This document shows, one piece after another, positions 11,400 through 25,166 of a stretch of DNA of 64,000 nucleotides. Made by a program: the position numbers and the translations under genes. This DNA comes from Rhizaria sp. SCN 62-66. Its lineage: Eukaryota. The DNA is taken from positions 124,001-188,000 of the forward strand of contig MEDY01000005.1 of the NCBI GenBank assembly GCA_001724265.1, given 5' to 3'. The stretch's first letter is position 1; every line of letters begins with the position of its first letter. Under the pieces are notes generated by a model. That model searched no databases. It had not been told where the DNA came from and saw only the letters and a list, made by a program, of their open reading frames with translations.

Positions 11400-13075
11400 T
11401 CACTGGCTCTCAGTGAGGGGGAGCTTCTTGTGCGTGTACTGGCACTCACCGTTGCCAAACTGCGTGACGGTGTGACCGGCCTCACTCTTGGAGACGAGGC
11501 GCCACTTGGTGCTCGTCAGGCCCTCCACGCCCACGGGGCCGCGCGCATGCAGGGGACTGGGCAGAGAAGAATGGGGAGACAAACAAAGTGGAACAAAAGT
11601 GGAATATGCAAATTGTGAGGTGAGAAACAAACATAATCACGTATACCTCACAAAACTAGTCGAACTCAAAATAAAAATAAATAACACATTGAGAATCCCA
11701 TTACACAAAACGATAGAGTCTTACATCGACAGACGAAGATATGGGAAAGATCTCCTCTGATTTGTTGTGCATAGAGAGACTATATTTCGTACCTGGTGGA
11801 GATGCCAACCTCGGCGCCGAGCCCGAAGCGGAACCCATCTGCGAAGCGCGTGGACGCGTTGTGGAAGACGCATGCGGCGTCGACGGCCTCGAGGAACGCG
11901 TCCGCGGTCTGCTGCTGCTCTGTAACGATGCACTCGGTATGGCGCGAGCCGTTGGCCGCGATGTGCGCCAGCGCGGCGGCCAGCGAGGGCACCAGCTCGG
12001 CCGTGATCTGCCGGTCGCCGTATTCGTGCTTGAGCGTCGCGGCGGGGCCCGCGATGTACTGCGCGAGCGCGGCGGCGTTGCTTTCGTTGCTGCTGACGGC
12101 GGCGGTCAGGGCCGGTCCAGCCCAGATCTTGACGCCCGCGGCCGCCAGCCCGGCCAGCACGGCCTCGGCCACGGTCACGGCCTCGGCGGCAGCGGCCGCG
12201 GTGCCCGCGTAGGGCTTAGCGCAGGTTGCGTTGTAGGACTTGGCGAGGAGCTCGGTGTTGATGAGCACAGTCTCGCACGCGTTGCAGGCAGCGGGGTAGT
12301 TAACCTTGGCGTCAACGGTAACAGCGACGGCCTTGTCGCCCGCGGCGGCGGCGTCGAGGTAAACGTGACAGATGCCCTCGCTGTGGCCCATGACGGGGAT
12401 GCGCGTGTTCTGCTGGATCGACTTGACCAGCTCGCCCGAGCCGCGCGGGATCACGAGATCGATGCAGTCATCCAGCGCGAGCAGCGACGCGATGTCGCCG
12501 CGGGAAGTCACCAGCGAGACGAGGTCGGCCGGCACGGCGCCATCGGAGCCTTCGGCGATTGCGGCCGTGACCAGAGCGTGCAGCGCGGCGTTTGAACGGG
12601 AAGCCTCCTTGCCGCCCTTAAGAATGAGCCCGTTGCCAGAGAAAATCGACAGCGCGGCAATCTGCGGAAGCGCATCGGGGCGCGATTCAAAGATAACGAG
12701 CAGGACGCCCAGCGGGACGCGGATCTGCTCGAGGTTGAGCCCGGCCGCGACCTCGGTGCGGCGGAGCACCTCGCCGAGCGGGTCCTGCTGCTGGCTAAGC
12801 TGCGTGATGCCCTGCGCCAGCACTGCGAGCTTCTCGGGGGTGAGCTTCAGGCGTGAAACAAGGTTCTCGTCTGTCTTGTGTGCGGCCGCGTCGGCGAGGT
12901 CGGCGGCGTTGGCGGCCAGCACTTCGGCCTGGTTCGACAGCAGCTTGGCTGCGAGGCAGGATAGGATGCGAGCGCGGGTCGGCTTGGGCACCACGGCGCG
13001 GAGCGTGGTCGCCGCCGAACGACACGAAACAGCCATCGCGCGGAGGTCGGAGGGCGAGGAAGATGTGGTTGACAT
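11400..13075 (-). CDS. proA: Gamma-glutamyl phosphate reductase (glutamate-5-semialdehyde dehydrogenase), stand-alone (479 aa; exons 13075-11793, 11556-11400)
   Basis: VPLGVLLVIFESRPD, SGNGLILKGGKEA, IDLVIPRGS, GHSEGICHVY, YPAACNACET, NASTRFADGFRFGLGAEVGIST|SPLHARGPVGVEGL. GTACGA...CAG intron 11792-11557. Stop TGA. Confidence 0.96.
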
Positions 13076-14303
13076 AAAAGTCGCTGCGGTAAAAACGGTA
13101 CAGAAAGAGACGCGGAGGAGTGAGACGGAGGGGGGACTGAGGAAAGCATCCGGACTTAGAGCTAACGGCGTGCTCTGCAGCACTCGATAGATCGCATCAC
13201 CAGCAAGAAATATATTAAATAAATGCACTTAATCTCGTTTTTAATTCGGACTTGATAAATGCATTTTGCTTAATTGAGCGACCATGGAGATACGCTAAAC
13301 TTTTCAAACTGCATCACTGACCCTGGCCGGATGTCTCTCTCGACCGTGGCCGACGAGCAGTACGCAAAACCGATTTGTGGTAGACGTCGAAACGATCTGC
13401 TCAGTCGTCGTATCGCGCGGCATGGCCAGGAAGATGGCGTCGCAGGCCGGCCCGGGTATATCGTGTGATCAAAGCGAAAATCATTTGAATACTGGGATTG
13501 TTTAACGAATGTTTAAGTTATTGGAAATAGTTTTGGAGCTTCCAAGTGCTGGGGTGTCGAATACGCAGCAGCGAAGTTTCGCGTCCCCACTGCGAGGGGT
13601 GAAATCAAATCTTGCACCGCGCCCTCGGGCTTCACGCACATGCACGCCGCGTACTGCCAATTCAACGTTATCCGCCGCAAACTGGGGGAGTAGCACTGTG
13701 AATTTCTCTCCGGTTGTAGACTTGCTCGATCTTGCGTGCCGACTGCTTTGATTGGCGACGCATGTGCGCGCAAAGTGCGCCGATGACGAGCTTCTCGCGC
13801 TCTTCCATCCAGCCTTCATCTGCCTTGCCTCATGCCCGCTAAACTCCATCTGTTCTCTCCTTACCAAACTTTTTGTGTAGAACTTTGAGCGAACTACGAG
13901 GTTTCGCTTGTTGCTTTGTGCCCGGTACCAGTTTTGTGTACCGTTGCGCAATTTCAGAGAACGCTCCCAACCACAATCCGTATCTCCGTATCTGCATCTG
14001 GCACTGCCTCCTTTGGCCTCCACTCTCTTGCGCGCGCTTTCCTGCCTCGCTTCCCGATCTTCCCCGAGCCTGCGCCCCGGCTCCCGCATTCTCGCAGTCG
14101 TGGCCGCCGCTCTTGAGACCGCCCGCCTTCCCTTGATCCGCCTGCATCAAGCCCGCACTCCTTTCACTCGGCATTTGTGCAGCCGCCGTCGCCGCCGCAG
14201 CCGCTCGAGTCGCAGCGACCGTCGCAGCAACCCTTGAGTCGCCGTTAAGCTTTTCCCGCCCGCGCGCTTCCCCTGTGCGCGTCTGCTGCTGTTTGAGCAC
14301 GAA

Positions 14304-17300
14304 ATGCAGCCCTCGCAGCCCCAGCAGCCACAGGCGCAGTCGCCGCCGCGTTCGCCGTCGCAAGCGCAAGCGCAGTCGCAAGCGTTGCCACTGCCGCTGC
14401 CGCAGCCGCCCGCAGCCGCCGCCGTCACAGGCACGCCTCTGACTGCCACTGACTCCAGCTCTAGCGCTCGCTGCGCGAAGGACTCCGCCGCCGACGACGA
14501 CGGCATCACCGGCAGCAACATCACTGGCGCCGCTGACGACGATGAGAGTGAGCGCGTGAGCACTACGGCGGGCTCTATCTTTAGCCAGCACAGCGGCCGT
14601 GACCGTGACCGTGAGCACGATGACGGCGACGGCGACGGTGATGGTGGGTTTGACTACGAGAGCGTGCGGAGTGTGACCGTGAGCACCACGCTCTCGGACT
14701 CCGCGCACGCGCACTCGCTCTCGCTCTCGCAGTCGCTGTCGCGGACGGCATCGGTGACTGGCTCCGACGACTAGCAGGAGCCCGTTGACGACGACGATGA
14801 CGACAACGACGGCGACGGCGGTGATGATGATCTTGCGAGCGACACCTTCGCAAGCGATAACATTGCAAGCGAGAACAACAACAGCGAGGACGACGACGAG
14901 GGCGACGATGATGACGAGGGCGCCCACAGCCACTCGCTGAGCGACAGCGGCCGTGACCCCGGCTCCGCGGGCGGCAGCACAGGGCACCAACCCCAACCCC
15001 AGTCAAAGCCTGCTCACGACAACTCCAACAACAGCAGCAGTCGCAACACGGGTGCTAAGACGACGACGCTCGCGCGCGCTATGAACGCAGGCTCCGGCGC
15101 TGCTAGTTCCCACGCCGCGGCCCGCGCCCGCGCTGGCGCAATGGAGGACGGCGACGAAGACGGTGACGGCGACGGCGATGGCGATGACGACGCTGAAGAT
15201 GACGATGAAGTCAACGTCTCCCACCAAGATCACAGTCACGACCACGACGAGGACGACGACGGTCACAACGAAGACGACGAGGACGAAGACAACGACGACG
15301 AGTAGCACGGTCGAGACGCGGCCGCCGCCTCCGCGCCCGGCGCCACCGCTGCAGCTGGTCACGGTGCGCTCACAGGTACGCAGCATACCCAGCATGCCCA
15401 GACCAACGCCGGCGCCGGCGCCGATGCCAGCGGCGCTGACAGCGGCGGCAACGACGGCGCCGGCGACGGCAGCGCCGGCGACGGGAACGGAGACAGGAAC
15501 TTCTCGCGCGCGGTCAAGCTGTACCAGCTGAGCGAGGAGGGGCTCTGGGAGGACAGTGGGACGGGGCGCGCGCTGGTGGAGCAAGATCCACTGCCGTCGG
15601 TTGCCGCCGCGCTGCACGCGGTCGAGGCGCTCGCCGAGGACGCCGAGGCGCTGCTGCTGCGCTACGCTATCAGGGTCCACATCGTCAACTCCAGCAGCGC
15701 CGCCTCCAACGGCAACGGCAGCGGTGCCGCGGGTGTCGGCGCTCTCGGCGGAACACATGGGGGAACGCATGGTGGCGCCGACGGGGGCATGCCGCGGACG
15801 GCCCATGATAGCAGCGACGACGCCTGCTCCAGCGCCGCCGCCGCCACCGCCGCCGCCGCCGCAGCCGCCGCCCGCCAGCAACAACAGCAGCAGTTTCACC
15901 ACGGCTCTGCGGGCGCCGATGACGAGGACGAGGACGGCGATGATGCGTTCAACCTGTGCATCGTGCTTGAAGGGTGGGACCTGTGCCACCGCCAGGGCGC
16001 GACGATCATCACCTGGGTGTCGTCGTCGTCCAACTGTGACCTCGCGCTCTCCTTCCAGGTACGATGCTAAATCAAACAAAACATGATATATCTCGCCCAA
16101 TGTCTTGTGAATTTTACTAAAACGGGTATATTATCGTGTTCTTTGCATTTCTTGAATATTAAATATTGCTTTGAATTCCGCTCACCCTTGTGTATATCCA
16201 CCGCATTTTCTTTTGTAGGACGCCGAGTGCTGCGACGACCTGTGGACGCGGCTGACGGCGCTGCGCGAGCTGAAACTTGCGCTGGAGCCGTATCTGCCGT
16301 ACCGCGCGCTGAGCGAGGTGCCCCCGCTGACTGCGGCGACGGTCGGCGCCGTGGCCGTGCGCATGGAGCTGTTTCTGTCACCGCACAAGCGCGATGACCT
16401 ACTCACGCTGCTGCGCATGGGCCGCTGCATCGAGTTCATCACACCAAACAACTCGTACGCATACAGCGCTGCCGCCAACAACAACAACACCACCAACAAT
16501 AACAATGACGGTGATGGTGCTGTCAAAACTGAGACTGCGGCCAGTCCTACCAAGAGCACTGGGGCTGCGGCCGCGACCAGTGACAGTAAGCAGCCCCAGA
16601 CCGGCGACGCCAGCAGCGGCGGCGCGGCTGAGGCCGAGTCAGACTCCGTGTCGCTGCCGCCGCTGCCCTCGTCTCTGACCGACTCCGGCAGCACGAGCAC
16701 TGACAGCACTAGCGCGAGCTCGAGCTCGAGCTCTGGCCCAGGCTCAGGCTTCAACTCGCCTCTGAAGCGTGCCCGCGAAGACAGCAGCGCCAGCACAGAC
16801 AGTGCCAACACTGGCGCTAGCGCTGGCGCTGGCGCTGGCGCTGGCGCTGGTGCTGAGATGGCTGAGACCGAGGCTGAGTCTGAGACTGCGACCGAGGCCG
16901 CGACCGTGACCGTGACGGTCGCCAGCGAGTCTGGCTCCGGCTCTGGCTCTGAGCCCGCTGCCGCTGCCGGTGGCGCTGCTGGCAGTGCGGTCGTGAAGCG
17001 GCCTCGCCTTGCGTCGCTATCGCCCTCGAAGCCGCCCGCAACCGCCGCCAACACGGACTCCAAGTCCGACAGCGACGGTGACAGTAGCGGCAGCGACGAC
17101 GAGGACTCTCGCGTCACTGCCGACGCAGAGGCCGCCCCGGCTCACAGTCAGGAGCCCGAGGCCACCGAGGCTGACAATGATGCTGAAGCTGAGGCGGAGG
17201 CTGAGGCTGACCAAGAGCAGGAGCAGGAGCAGGACCACGAAGATCACGACGAGGACGAGGACGGCGATGGTGAGCACGACGACACGCAAGATCAGGAGCA

Positions 17301-20300
17301 GGAGGCTGAGCAGCAGTTCGAGGAGGGCCAGCTGCGCCGCGCGCCCGAGCTCGTGGTGACAGTTCTGCTCCTGGCGGTCGACGCCGACGCGAGCGGCGAC
17401 ACAGCCACATCGCAGTCGTGCTTCCGCATCGTGCGCGTGCTGCTGCAGTGCGCGGACCTCGCGCTGCTCGACCTGCTCACCAGCCCTGTCTTCACGCCCG
17501 CCGTGGCCACCGCACTCGAGCACGACCCCACGCTCGCGCTGCCCGCGTCCGTCCCCCGCACGCGCCACCGCAGGTTCCTCGCGCAGGCGCGCCTCAAGGA
17601 CGTCGCCGGGCTCGCTCGCGCAACCGCGCATGCCACCGCGGCCAACGCAGGGGCGGCTGGGACTGCTGGTGGGGCTGCGGGTGCACCCGCGAATACCGCT
17701 GGCTCTGGCGCGGGAGTGGTGCAGAAGGCGCACCAGAACTTCTTCGCGGCGTACTTGCGCGACGTGGTGCTGCTCCACTACGCGGAGGAGCACACGCTCA
17801 ACGTGATCCACTCGCTTGTATACAGCAACGAGGTCGCCATGATGACCACCATGCTGCAGGTACGTGTCATCACTAAAGCAAAACCACGACTAAAAACGAC
17901 GTTTTGGCGATGTCCTTGTGTTTGATTCCTCGAAAACATGAATCATTTATTTATATCTATTACAATCACTTTTCAATTGCTTATTCACATCTCAAAACTT
18001 ACTTGTGTCTTATTATTTTGTTCATCTCTTTTGTTGATTGTTTATCTCGCGCACAGTCGTCGACGTTCCTGCCGTCAGTCTTCGCGACGCTGAAGCGTCT
18101 GGCCCGGTTCGACCTCGCGCACAGCCGGACGCCCTCGACGACGGCGGGCTCGGTCGCAGTCCCGCTGGTCGAGGACCTGCTTGTGCTGGCCCCGCGCGCG
18201 TACCGCCAAGTCGTCGTCGGCACCGGCGGCGCCGCGCCGGGCGCCGTGCCGTTGGTTCCCACGCTGCAGTTCGGCTCCAGCACCGCGGTCATCGCCTCGG
18301 CCACCCACAGCACCGACTCGTCCGCCAGCACGAGCACCAGCACGTCCACCGCGAGCACACCGTCCAAGGACTCGCGCGACGCCAGCTCCCACGGCAGCGC
18401 CAGTTCGAACTTGAGCGCGAGCTCGAGCGTGAGCGTGAGCGGTGTGGCCGTGGGGACGCGCGGAAACGCGGTGAGCATGCTGCGCTACCTGGGCGCCACG
18501 CTCCAGGTCGAGGCAGAAGCAGAGGCCGAGGCGGCGGCGGAGGCCCAGGCGGCGCAGCAGCAGCAGGCGCACGATCAGGAGCAAGAGCAGGAGCAGGAGC
18601 AAGAGCAGGAGCGGGGTGAGAATGAGAGCGAAGGCGTCGCCGTCAAGACAGAGGTCAAGCTCGAGACTGACTTTGCCGCTGCTTCTGACAGCAACACCGT
18701 CACCAAGATGACTGATCTTGACTCGATCCTCATCAAAACCGAACAAAGCAGCAGCATCATGTCTACGACCGCTGACGCTAACGCAAACGCTCCCGCGACA
18801 GTGGCGAGTGCCGACCTCTCTGCCAGCTCCAGCGGTGTCGCTGACACTGCTGCCGCTGACGCTGCTGCCGCTGACACCGTTGCTGGTGCAGCTGCTGCAC
18901 CTGCGCCTGTGCCTGTGCCTGAAGCCGCCATCCCGGAATTCAAGCCGCACCTGCTAAGCCAGGCCGCCGAGCGCCGGCTGCTGTTCCAGTTCGTGCAGGA
19001 CCTATGCTCAATGGCCAAGAACCAGCAGCTGAAGCTGCGCGCGCAGTTCATCGACTGCCTGTTGTCGTCTGGCTTCCTACGCGCGCTCGAGACGGCGCTG
19101 CTGACGTCACCGCGCACGCAGCGCTGGCTCTGGGTGTGCGCCTGCTCGGTGCTGTCGATGCTGCTGGCGCACGCGCCGCTGCAGCTGCGGCGCCACCTCG
19201 CGGGCTCGCGCAGGGCGCGCGCAGAGGCGCGGCGCGCGCGGCGGGAGGCGGACCGCAGCGACAAAGAGGCCGCCGCGACGGCCGCGCGCAACCGGGCCCG
19301 CGCCGCCGAGGGCTCGCGCGCCGCCGCCGCCGTCTCGCTCGCCAAGGCAGAGGCCGATGCCAACAACAACAACAACAACACGAGCAGCATCAGCAGCGCT
19401 GTGAATGGGAACAGTGTGCTTGACGCTGTCGTGGTGGGCAGCAGCAGCGCGATCGCGTCGCTGCTTAGCGGCGGCATCACTGGCAGCGCTGGCGCTGGGC
19501 TCACTGGTACTGGCCTCACTGCGGGCACGGGGCTCGCTGTTGGCACCGGCCTGACTGCGCTCGCGAGCGCCCCCGGGCTCATCCCAGGCAGCCTCAGCGC
19601 CAGCGCCAGCGCCAGCGCCAGCGGGAGCAACCCCATTGCGGCGACGACGCCCGCGGTGCCGCTGTGCGCCGCCGTCAGCCCCAGCAAGAGCCTCTCCAGC
19701 GCCAGTGCCAGCGCCAGCGCCGGTGCGAGCAGCAGCACGCCTAATGGTGGCGCTGCGACTGCCAGTCTGGGCGCGAACGCTCCCAGCTCTGTTCCTAGCT
19801 CTGCGTCAGGCGCTGGCGCTGGCTCCGTGTTGAGTAATACTGATCTTAACAGCGCGGTTGGTTGGGCGCTCGCAGGCGGGCCCCCGCCGCTGGTCAAAGC
19901 CGCCAGCACTAACGCCAACAACGCCGCCGCCAACACGGCGACCACGACCGTGGGTGTCAAGAGCGCGGCCCTGCGTCGGCCGCGGTCGCTGCTCACGGTC
20001 ATCGTGTGCGCGCTCACCGAGACGCCCTGTCTGGCCCGCGCGCCGCGCAACTTGCCCGCGGCAGCCACGGTACCCGTGGGTTCCGCGAGTGCCTTAAGCA
20101 CCGCTGGGGCGGCGAGTGCCAGCTCTGGCGCTGCGAAGGCCAGCAAGGCGAGCGTGAGTGGCTGTGAGAGCGAGAGCGACGGCTTCGGCGACAGCGGCGG
20201 CGACAGCGACAGCGAGGACAGTACCTCAGACGACGACGAAGACGACGACGACAGCGACGGCGACGGCGACGGCGGCGGTGACAAGGACGACGATGGTGAT

Positions 20301-23300
20301 GACAGCGGTAACGTGAGCGTAGCCGGCAGCGACACCGAGACCGTCCCGGCCACCAACTCCTCCGACTCTGACCGGGATGACCGGGATGGGGACGGAGAGG
20401 ACTCGGACTCGGACAACAAGAGCCGCGCCGCCGCCGTCACGGCCAACAGCAGCAGCCTGCGTCTCCCGCGTCCCACCGCCAGTGCCGCAACCAAGAGCAC
20501 GAGCAAGAGCAATGGCAAGTCTCAGAAGTCTCGCTCTCCCTCGAAGAGCGCCCGCGGTGGCAAGCGCAGGCGTGCGCGGCGGCGGCGCGCGCTGGTGCCT
20601 GTGCCGGGCCCCGGGCTGGACTCCGGCGTGATGCTGCAGCTGGAGGAGCTGCTGATCCGACTGCTGGACCAGGACGCCGCTACCGCGGTTACGGCGGCCT
20701 CGGCGGCGGGCGGCAGAGGGGGCGGGGACGACTTCCTGTCCTTCTTTTTCACCGTCCAGATGCCCATCCTGGCAGACGCGCTCGGCCCCGCGCCCGCGCC
20801 CTACACCAGCGGCATCAGCAGCGGTTCCAGTGGCAAAAGCAGCAGCTCCAGCTCAAGTAGCAGTAGTCTGCTCTCTGCGGCGAGTGCCAGTGCCAGTGCT
20901 GACTCTCTGGCTGGCGCCGACTTCAGTGCCAGTTCGAGCATGACCTCCCTTGCTGTGACTACACAACAACAACAGCAGCAGCAGCAGCAGCAGCCTGAGC
21001 ACGAGCAGATCCGCCTCACGACGGGCTCTCTCCACGCGCTCGAGCTGCTGTCGTTCATCGTGCGCACGCACAACGGCCACTTTAACCTCTGCTACCGCCG
21101 CCTCCACATCTTCCCGCGCGTCGCGGCCCGCCTCCGCGCCGCGCTCGACACCGCGCTGCAGGGCGCGTCCCCGGCCGCCGTGACGATCCTGCGCGCCAGC
21201 CCGGCCTTCGCTCGCGGCCGCGCCCCGCCCGCCGCCGCCGCCGCCGACGCCGCCGCCGCGCTCGCGCTGCAGTCGCTGCCGACCGCGGCCGCCGCCGCCG
21301 CCGCGGGGACGCTGCCCGCCACGGCGCTGGCGACCGCGCTGACGACGCTGGCGCTGCCGGCGCTGTCGGCGCGGCTGCCGCCCGACGCGGCGGGGCTGTG
21401 CGCGGCGCTGCGCTTCTTGCGCGTGTGCGTGGGCAAGCTCGAAGTGACGTACTGCAACAGCATCGCCACCACGCGCGTGCTCGACACCGTCATGGCACTC
21501 TTCTCGCTCAACGGCGGCCGCTACAACCTGCTCAACTCGACCGTCGCGGGGCTGCTCACCGCCATCAGCGACGTCTCAGCGCCGCCGCTGCACCACCACC
21601 ACCACGCCTCTGCGGCCGCGGCCGCGGCGCACGGGCACTTCGGCGGCGGCTTCGGCGGCCACCTGGGCCCGCGACGCGGCGGCGCCGGCGCCGGCGGGCG
21701 GGGCGGCCTCGGGCTCGGCGGCTACCTGCCCTACTACCACCTCGGAGGCGGCCGCGGCGGCCGGCTCGGCGGCGTCGGCGCGCTTGGCATGGGCGGACTG
21801 CACCGGTCATTCGCGCACCTGGTCGCCGCCGAGACCGCGGCCCCGGCGCCTGTGGGCATCGCGCTCGCGAAGCAGCTCGTGCTCTCGCACCTGCACAGGC
21901 TCACGGCGCCCGCATTCGCCAAGTACGTCACGCTTTGATTTGAAACGCGTTTATCTCTTTGTTCTGAACACGCTTTGCAATTTATTTTTGATATCATATG
22001 TCATTGATGGGATCAAATCTATCTTTTTTTATTTTTCTTCGAAGTGCCTTTACTTATATGCTCATATCTATCTTATCTCTCGTTTTCTATTCTTGGCTCT
22101 ACGCTCCTCTCCTCTTGCTTTGCATCCCAGTCTGGCGACGACGCTCAAGGACCGCGTGGGGGCATACCACGCGCGCCGCCGCCTCGCCAACGGGCCCGGC
22201 GGCAGCAGCCACGCCGCGCGCTCCTCGATCCAGTACCCGCGCTCCGCCGCCGGAACCCATGGGGGCACGCATGGGTCCGCCACGGGCGCGCTGGCCCGCG
22301 TCGGCCTCGGCCTCAGCCTCGCTGGCGGTCCTGCCGCCAGCGGCACCGGCGGCGGCAGCGCCAGCGAGCAGTCGGTCCTAGCGGGGCTGCGGCAGCGCCA
22401 GGGCCAGGGCCTTGGCGGCCTCGGCGGCCTCGGTGGACTCGGCGGACTGGGTGGTCTGGGCGGACTGAGCGGGCTCGCTGACCTCAACCGTGGCAACCGC
22501 GGCGCTGGTGCCGGCACCGGCGCTGGCGCTGGACTTGGGTTGGGGCTGGGAGCGGGCAACAAGACCTGGCAGCAGCAGCAGCAGCAGCAGCAGCCGCAAC
22601 AGGGCGGTGTCCGCGGCCGCGGGCTGGCCGAGCTCGCCCGCCTCAGCACTGCCGGTGTCGGTGGCGTCGGCGGTGTCGGTGCGCTGAGCGGGCTGGGCGG
22701 GTTGTTGGGGTTCGGCAGCGGCGTCCTGGGCGTCGGTGCGAGCAACAGCAACAGCGGTCGCCGCCGCCGCCGCCGCCACGCGCGGGCCGGGGGACTGGGC
22801 GCGAGCACTGACGACCTCAACTGCGACGACAACGACGACGATGACGACGAGTTCGAGGATGACGACGACTTGAGCGTCAGTGACGGCGACGGCGACGATG
22901 AGACTAACCTCGACCACGACGACGATGACGACGATGTCGACGTCGGTGTTGATGAGAACGGCAACCGGATCCGAGCTGGCGACGTCGTCGCAGCGTTCTC
23001 GCACGACTTCGAGCACGACGACCTGGACAACAACAATGTCAACGACGACGCCGACGTCGACCACGAGGACGACGAGGACGACGACCAGCATGGCGCGGGC
23101 ATCGCGGGTAGCTACTACGGCGTGACTGGCATTCGCCACGCGCACCAGCTTCAGCAGCACCGGATGTCTGACAGTGACGACGACGGCAACGCCAGCGAAG
23201 GCCACGATTAGAGCAACGCCGCTCATGGTCTTACTCTCGGCCACGGTCATGGCCACGGCCACGGGACTGAGAGAGATGACGACGATGAACACGAGGCCCA

Positions 23301-23307
23301 ATTTTAA
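14304..23307 (+). CDS. PPP4R3: Protein phosphatase 4 regulatory subunit 3 (SMEK/PSY2/SMK-1 family), ~2812 aa with three in-frame TAG codons (exons 14304-16058, 16219-17859, 18057-21922, 22131-23307)
   Basis: EVH1-type N-domain AVKLYQLSEEGLWEDSGTG...HRQGATIITW...DLALSFQ|DAECCDDLW. SMK-1 region ALEHDP...HRRFL...KAHQNFFAAYLRDVVL. C-terminal CAALRFLRVCVG...RYNLLNSTV. Three GTACG...AG introns keep frame. TAGs at 14772, 15303 and 23209; first TAA at 23305. Confidence 0.88.
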
Positions 23308-23641
23308 AACAGCAACGTGTGTACTAGATAGCTTAAGGCTCTCGCCTAGTTGCCCACTGGATATCATAATCTCGTGTTCGCCAGCTTGCTTTGTGTTTGC
23401 GCTTGTCGGTAGTGGATACTGGCGATGACAAACACGGGTGCGCGCACGAACAGAAACAACAGTCACGTTGTTTCAGACTATTACTAATGGTTATTTAAAC
23501 TATTTCAAAACACAGTGAATGGAATTAATCAAACAATACACTTATTTATCATGTATTTTCGCATAGCCGTTAACAACAATCCAACCTGCGCTTCCGTTTG
23601 TTAGTTTGTTAGACTAGCATGTGCTGCAGAGCTGATTTGCC

Positions 23642-25098
23642 TCAATCAGCGTCCTCCGCGTCGTCGTGAGCCATGAGCTCGTCAAGCATCGCCTGCTCCT
23701 GCTCCTGCTCGAACTCCTCGTCGCCCGCAGCGCCCGCCGCGGCGCCCGGGCGCCCGCGCCCAGATCTAAAGCCAGAGGCAGAGGCAGCAGTGGGCTTAGC
23801 TACCGCGCTCGGCCGGGAGCCTCCCGGGCCCAGCGCGGGGTTCAACGAGCCACCGTTCGCGGCGGCAGCGGCAGTAACGGCGGCAGCGGTGGCAGCGGCG
23901 TTGGCGGGAGCAGGGGGGAGCTGGTTGTGGCTAAACTGATGGTACTGATGTTGCGTCTACAGCTGCCCACCCATTCCCGCTCCCGCCCCGGCTGAACCGG
24001 TCGGCCCAGGCGCCGCCCCCGGGCCAGGCGCTGCGGCCCCCGGTCCGCCGTATGCAAGCTCCTGCCCGCCAAACGCAAGCCCTGGCCCGTACGCAGGCCC
24101 CGCGCCGGTCACCGCCGCCGCGCCGTACGCGGGCGCGGTCGGCACCGCCTGCGTGTTCTGCGCCGCCGGCGAGTACGCGTGCAGCGGCGGGCGCCCGCGC
24201 ATGCGCACGCCCGCGCGCTCGCGGCGCTCGATGTTAGCGAGGTTTTCTGCCTGCGCGCGCGCCGTCTGCGCCGCCGCATCGACGCGCCGCTGCGTCTCGT
24301 ACGCCGCCTTGCGATCGGACGCGGCCGTCGCCACAGAGCCGATGAGCCCGCGTGTGCGCGTGCTGCCGCGGGTCCCCGCCGGCGGCGGCGCGAGCGGCGC
24401 GGGCACAGGCGCAGACACGTCTGCGTCAGCGGCAGCCGCGGTGGCGGCGGCGCGAGCGGCGGCGGCGACGGAGACGTGGTTCTTCCAGCGGCCCCTGCCG
24501 GGGCCCTTGGCGAGGCTGCCTGTCTGACCGGTGTGGCCCGAGGCCGCGACCCCGGCCCCGCCAGTGGTCGCGTTAGTTAAGCCGGGCTCAAGCTTCACGC
24601 GCGCCTCGGGCCGCGCCTGCACCCGCGAGAGCAAGCGCTGCTGCTGCTGCTGCAGCTGGTGCTGCTGCTGGTACTGCTGCTGCTGCTGGAGCTGCACGAG
24701 CTGCAGGTTCTGGTGCTGCTCGCTGCGGTACATGGGCGCGCGCTGTCGTTCGGCGCGGACCTGCGTCTCGGCGGCCCGCTGCGCGTTCATGCGGTCCATG
24801 CGGTCTAGTCGCTTGCGCCACTCTTGCCGCATCGCCGCCTCGCTGCGCTTGCCGCCGTAAGTGCGCACGACCCACTGCGGCAGCGGGTCGCGCTCGGTGT
24901 CGGTGCGCCGGCCGATGGGGCGAAAGCCCCCCGCAACGTCGTCGCCACCGACCCCGCCGACACCGACGTCGACGTCGCCGACGCCGTGGCCGTGGGCAGG
25001 GCCCGTTGCGGAGCCCAGGGCGGAGCCCAGAGCGGAGGCCATGATGGGCCCCATGGCGCTGACTGGGGTGGAAGACATGTAGCTGCTGCTGCTGCTGG

Positions 25099-25166
<68 letters not shown>

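Noticed and set aside
13274-14237. ORFs between proA and PP4R3
   Set aside because: No motifs or host-like codon bias. Consistent with a divergent promoter and a pyrimidine-rich 5' leader.
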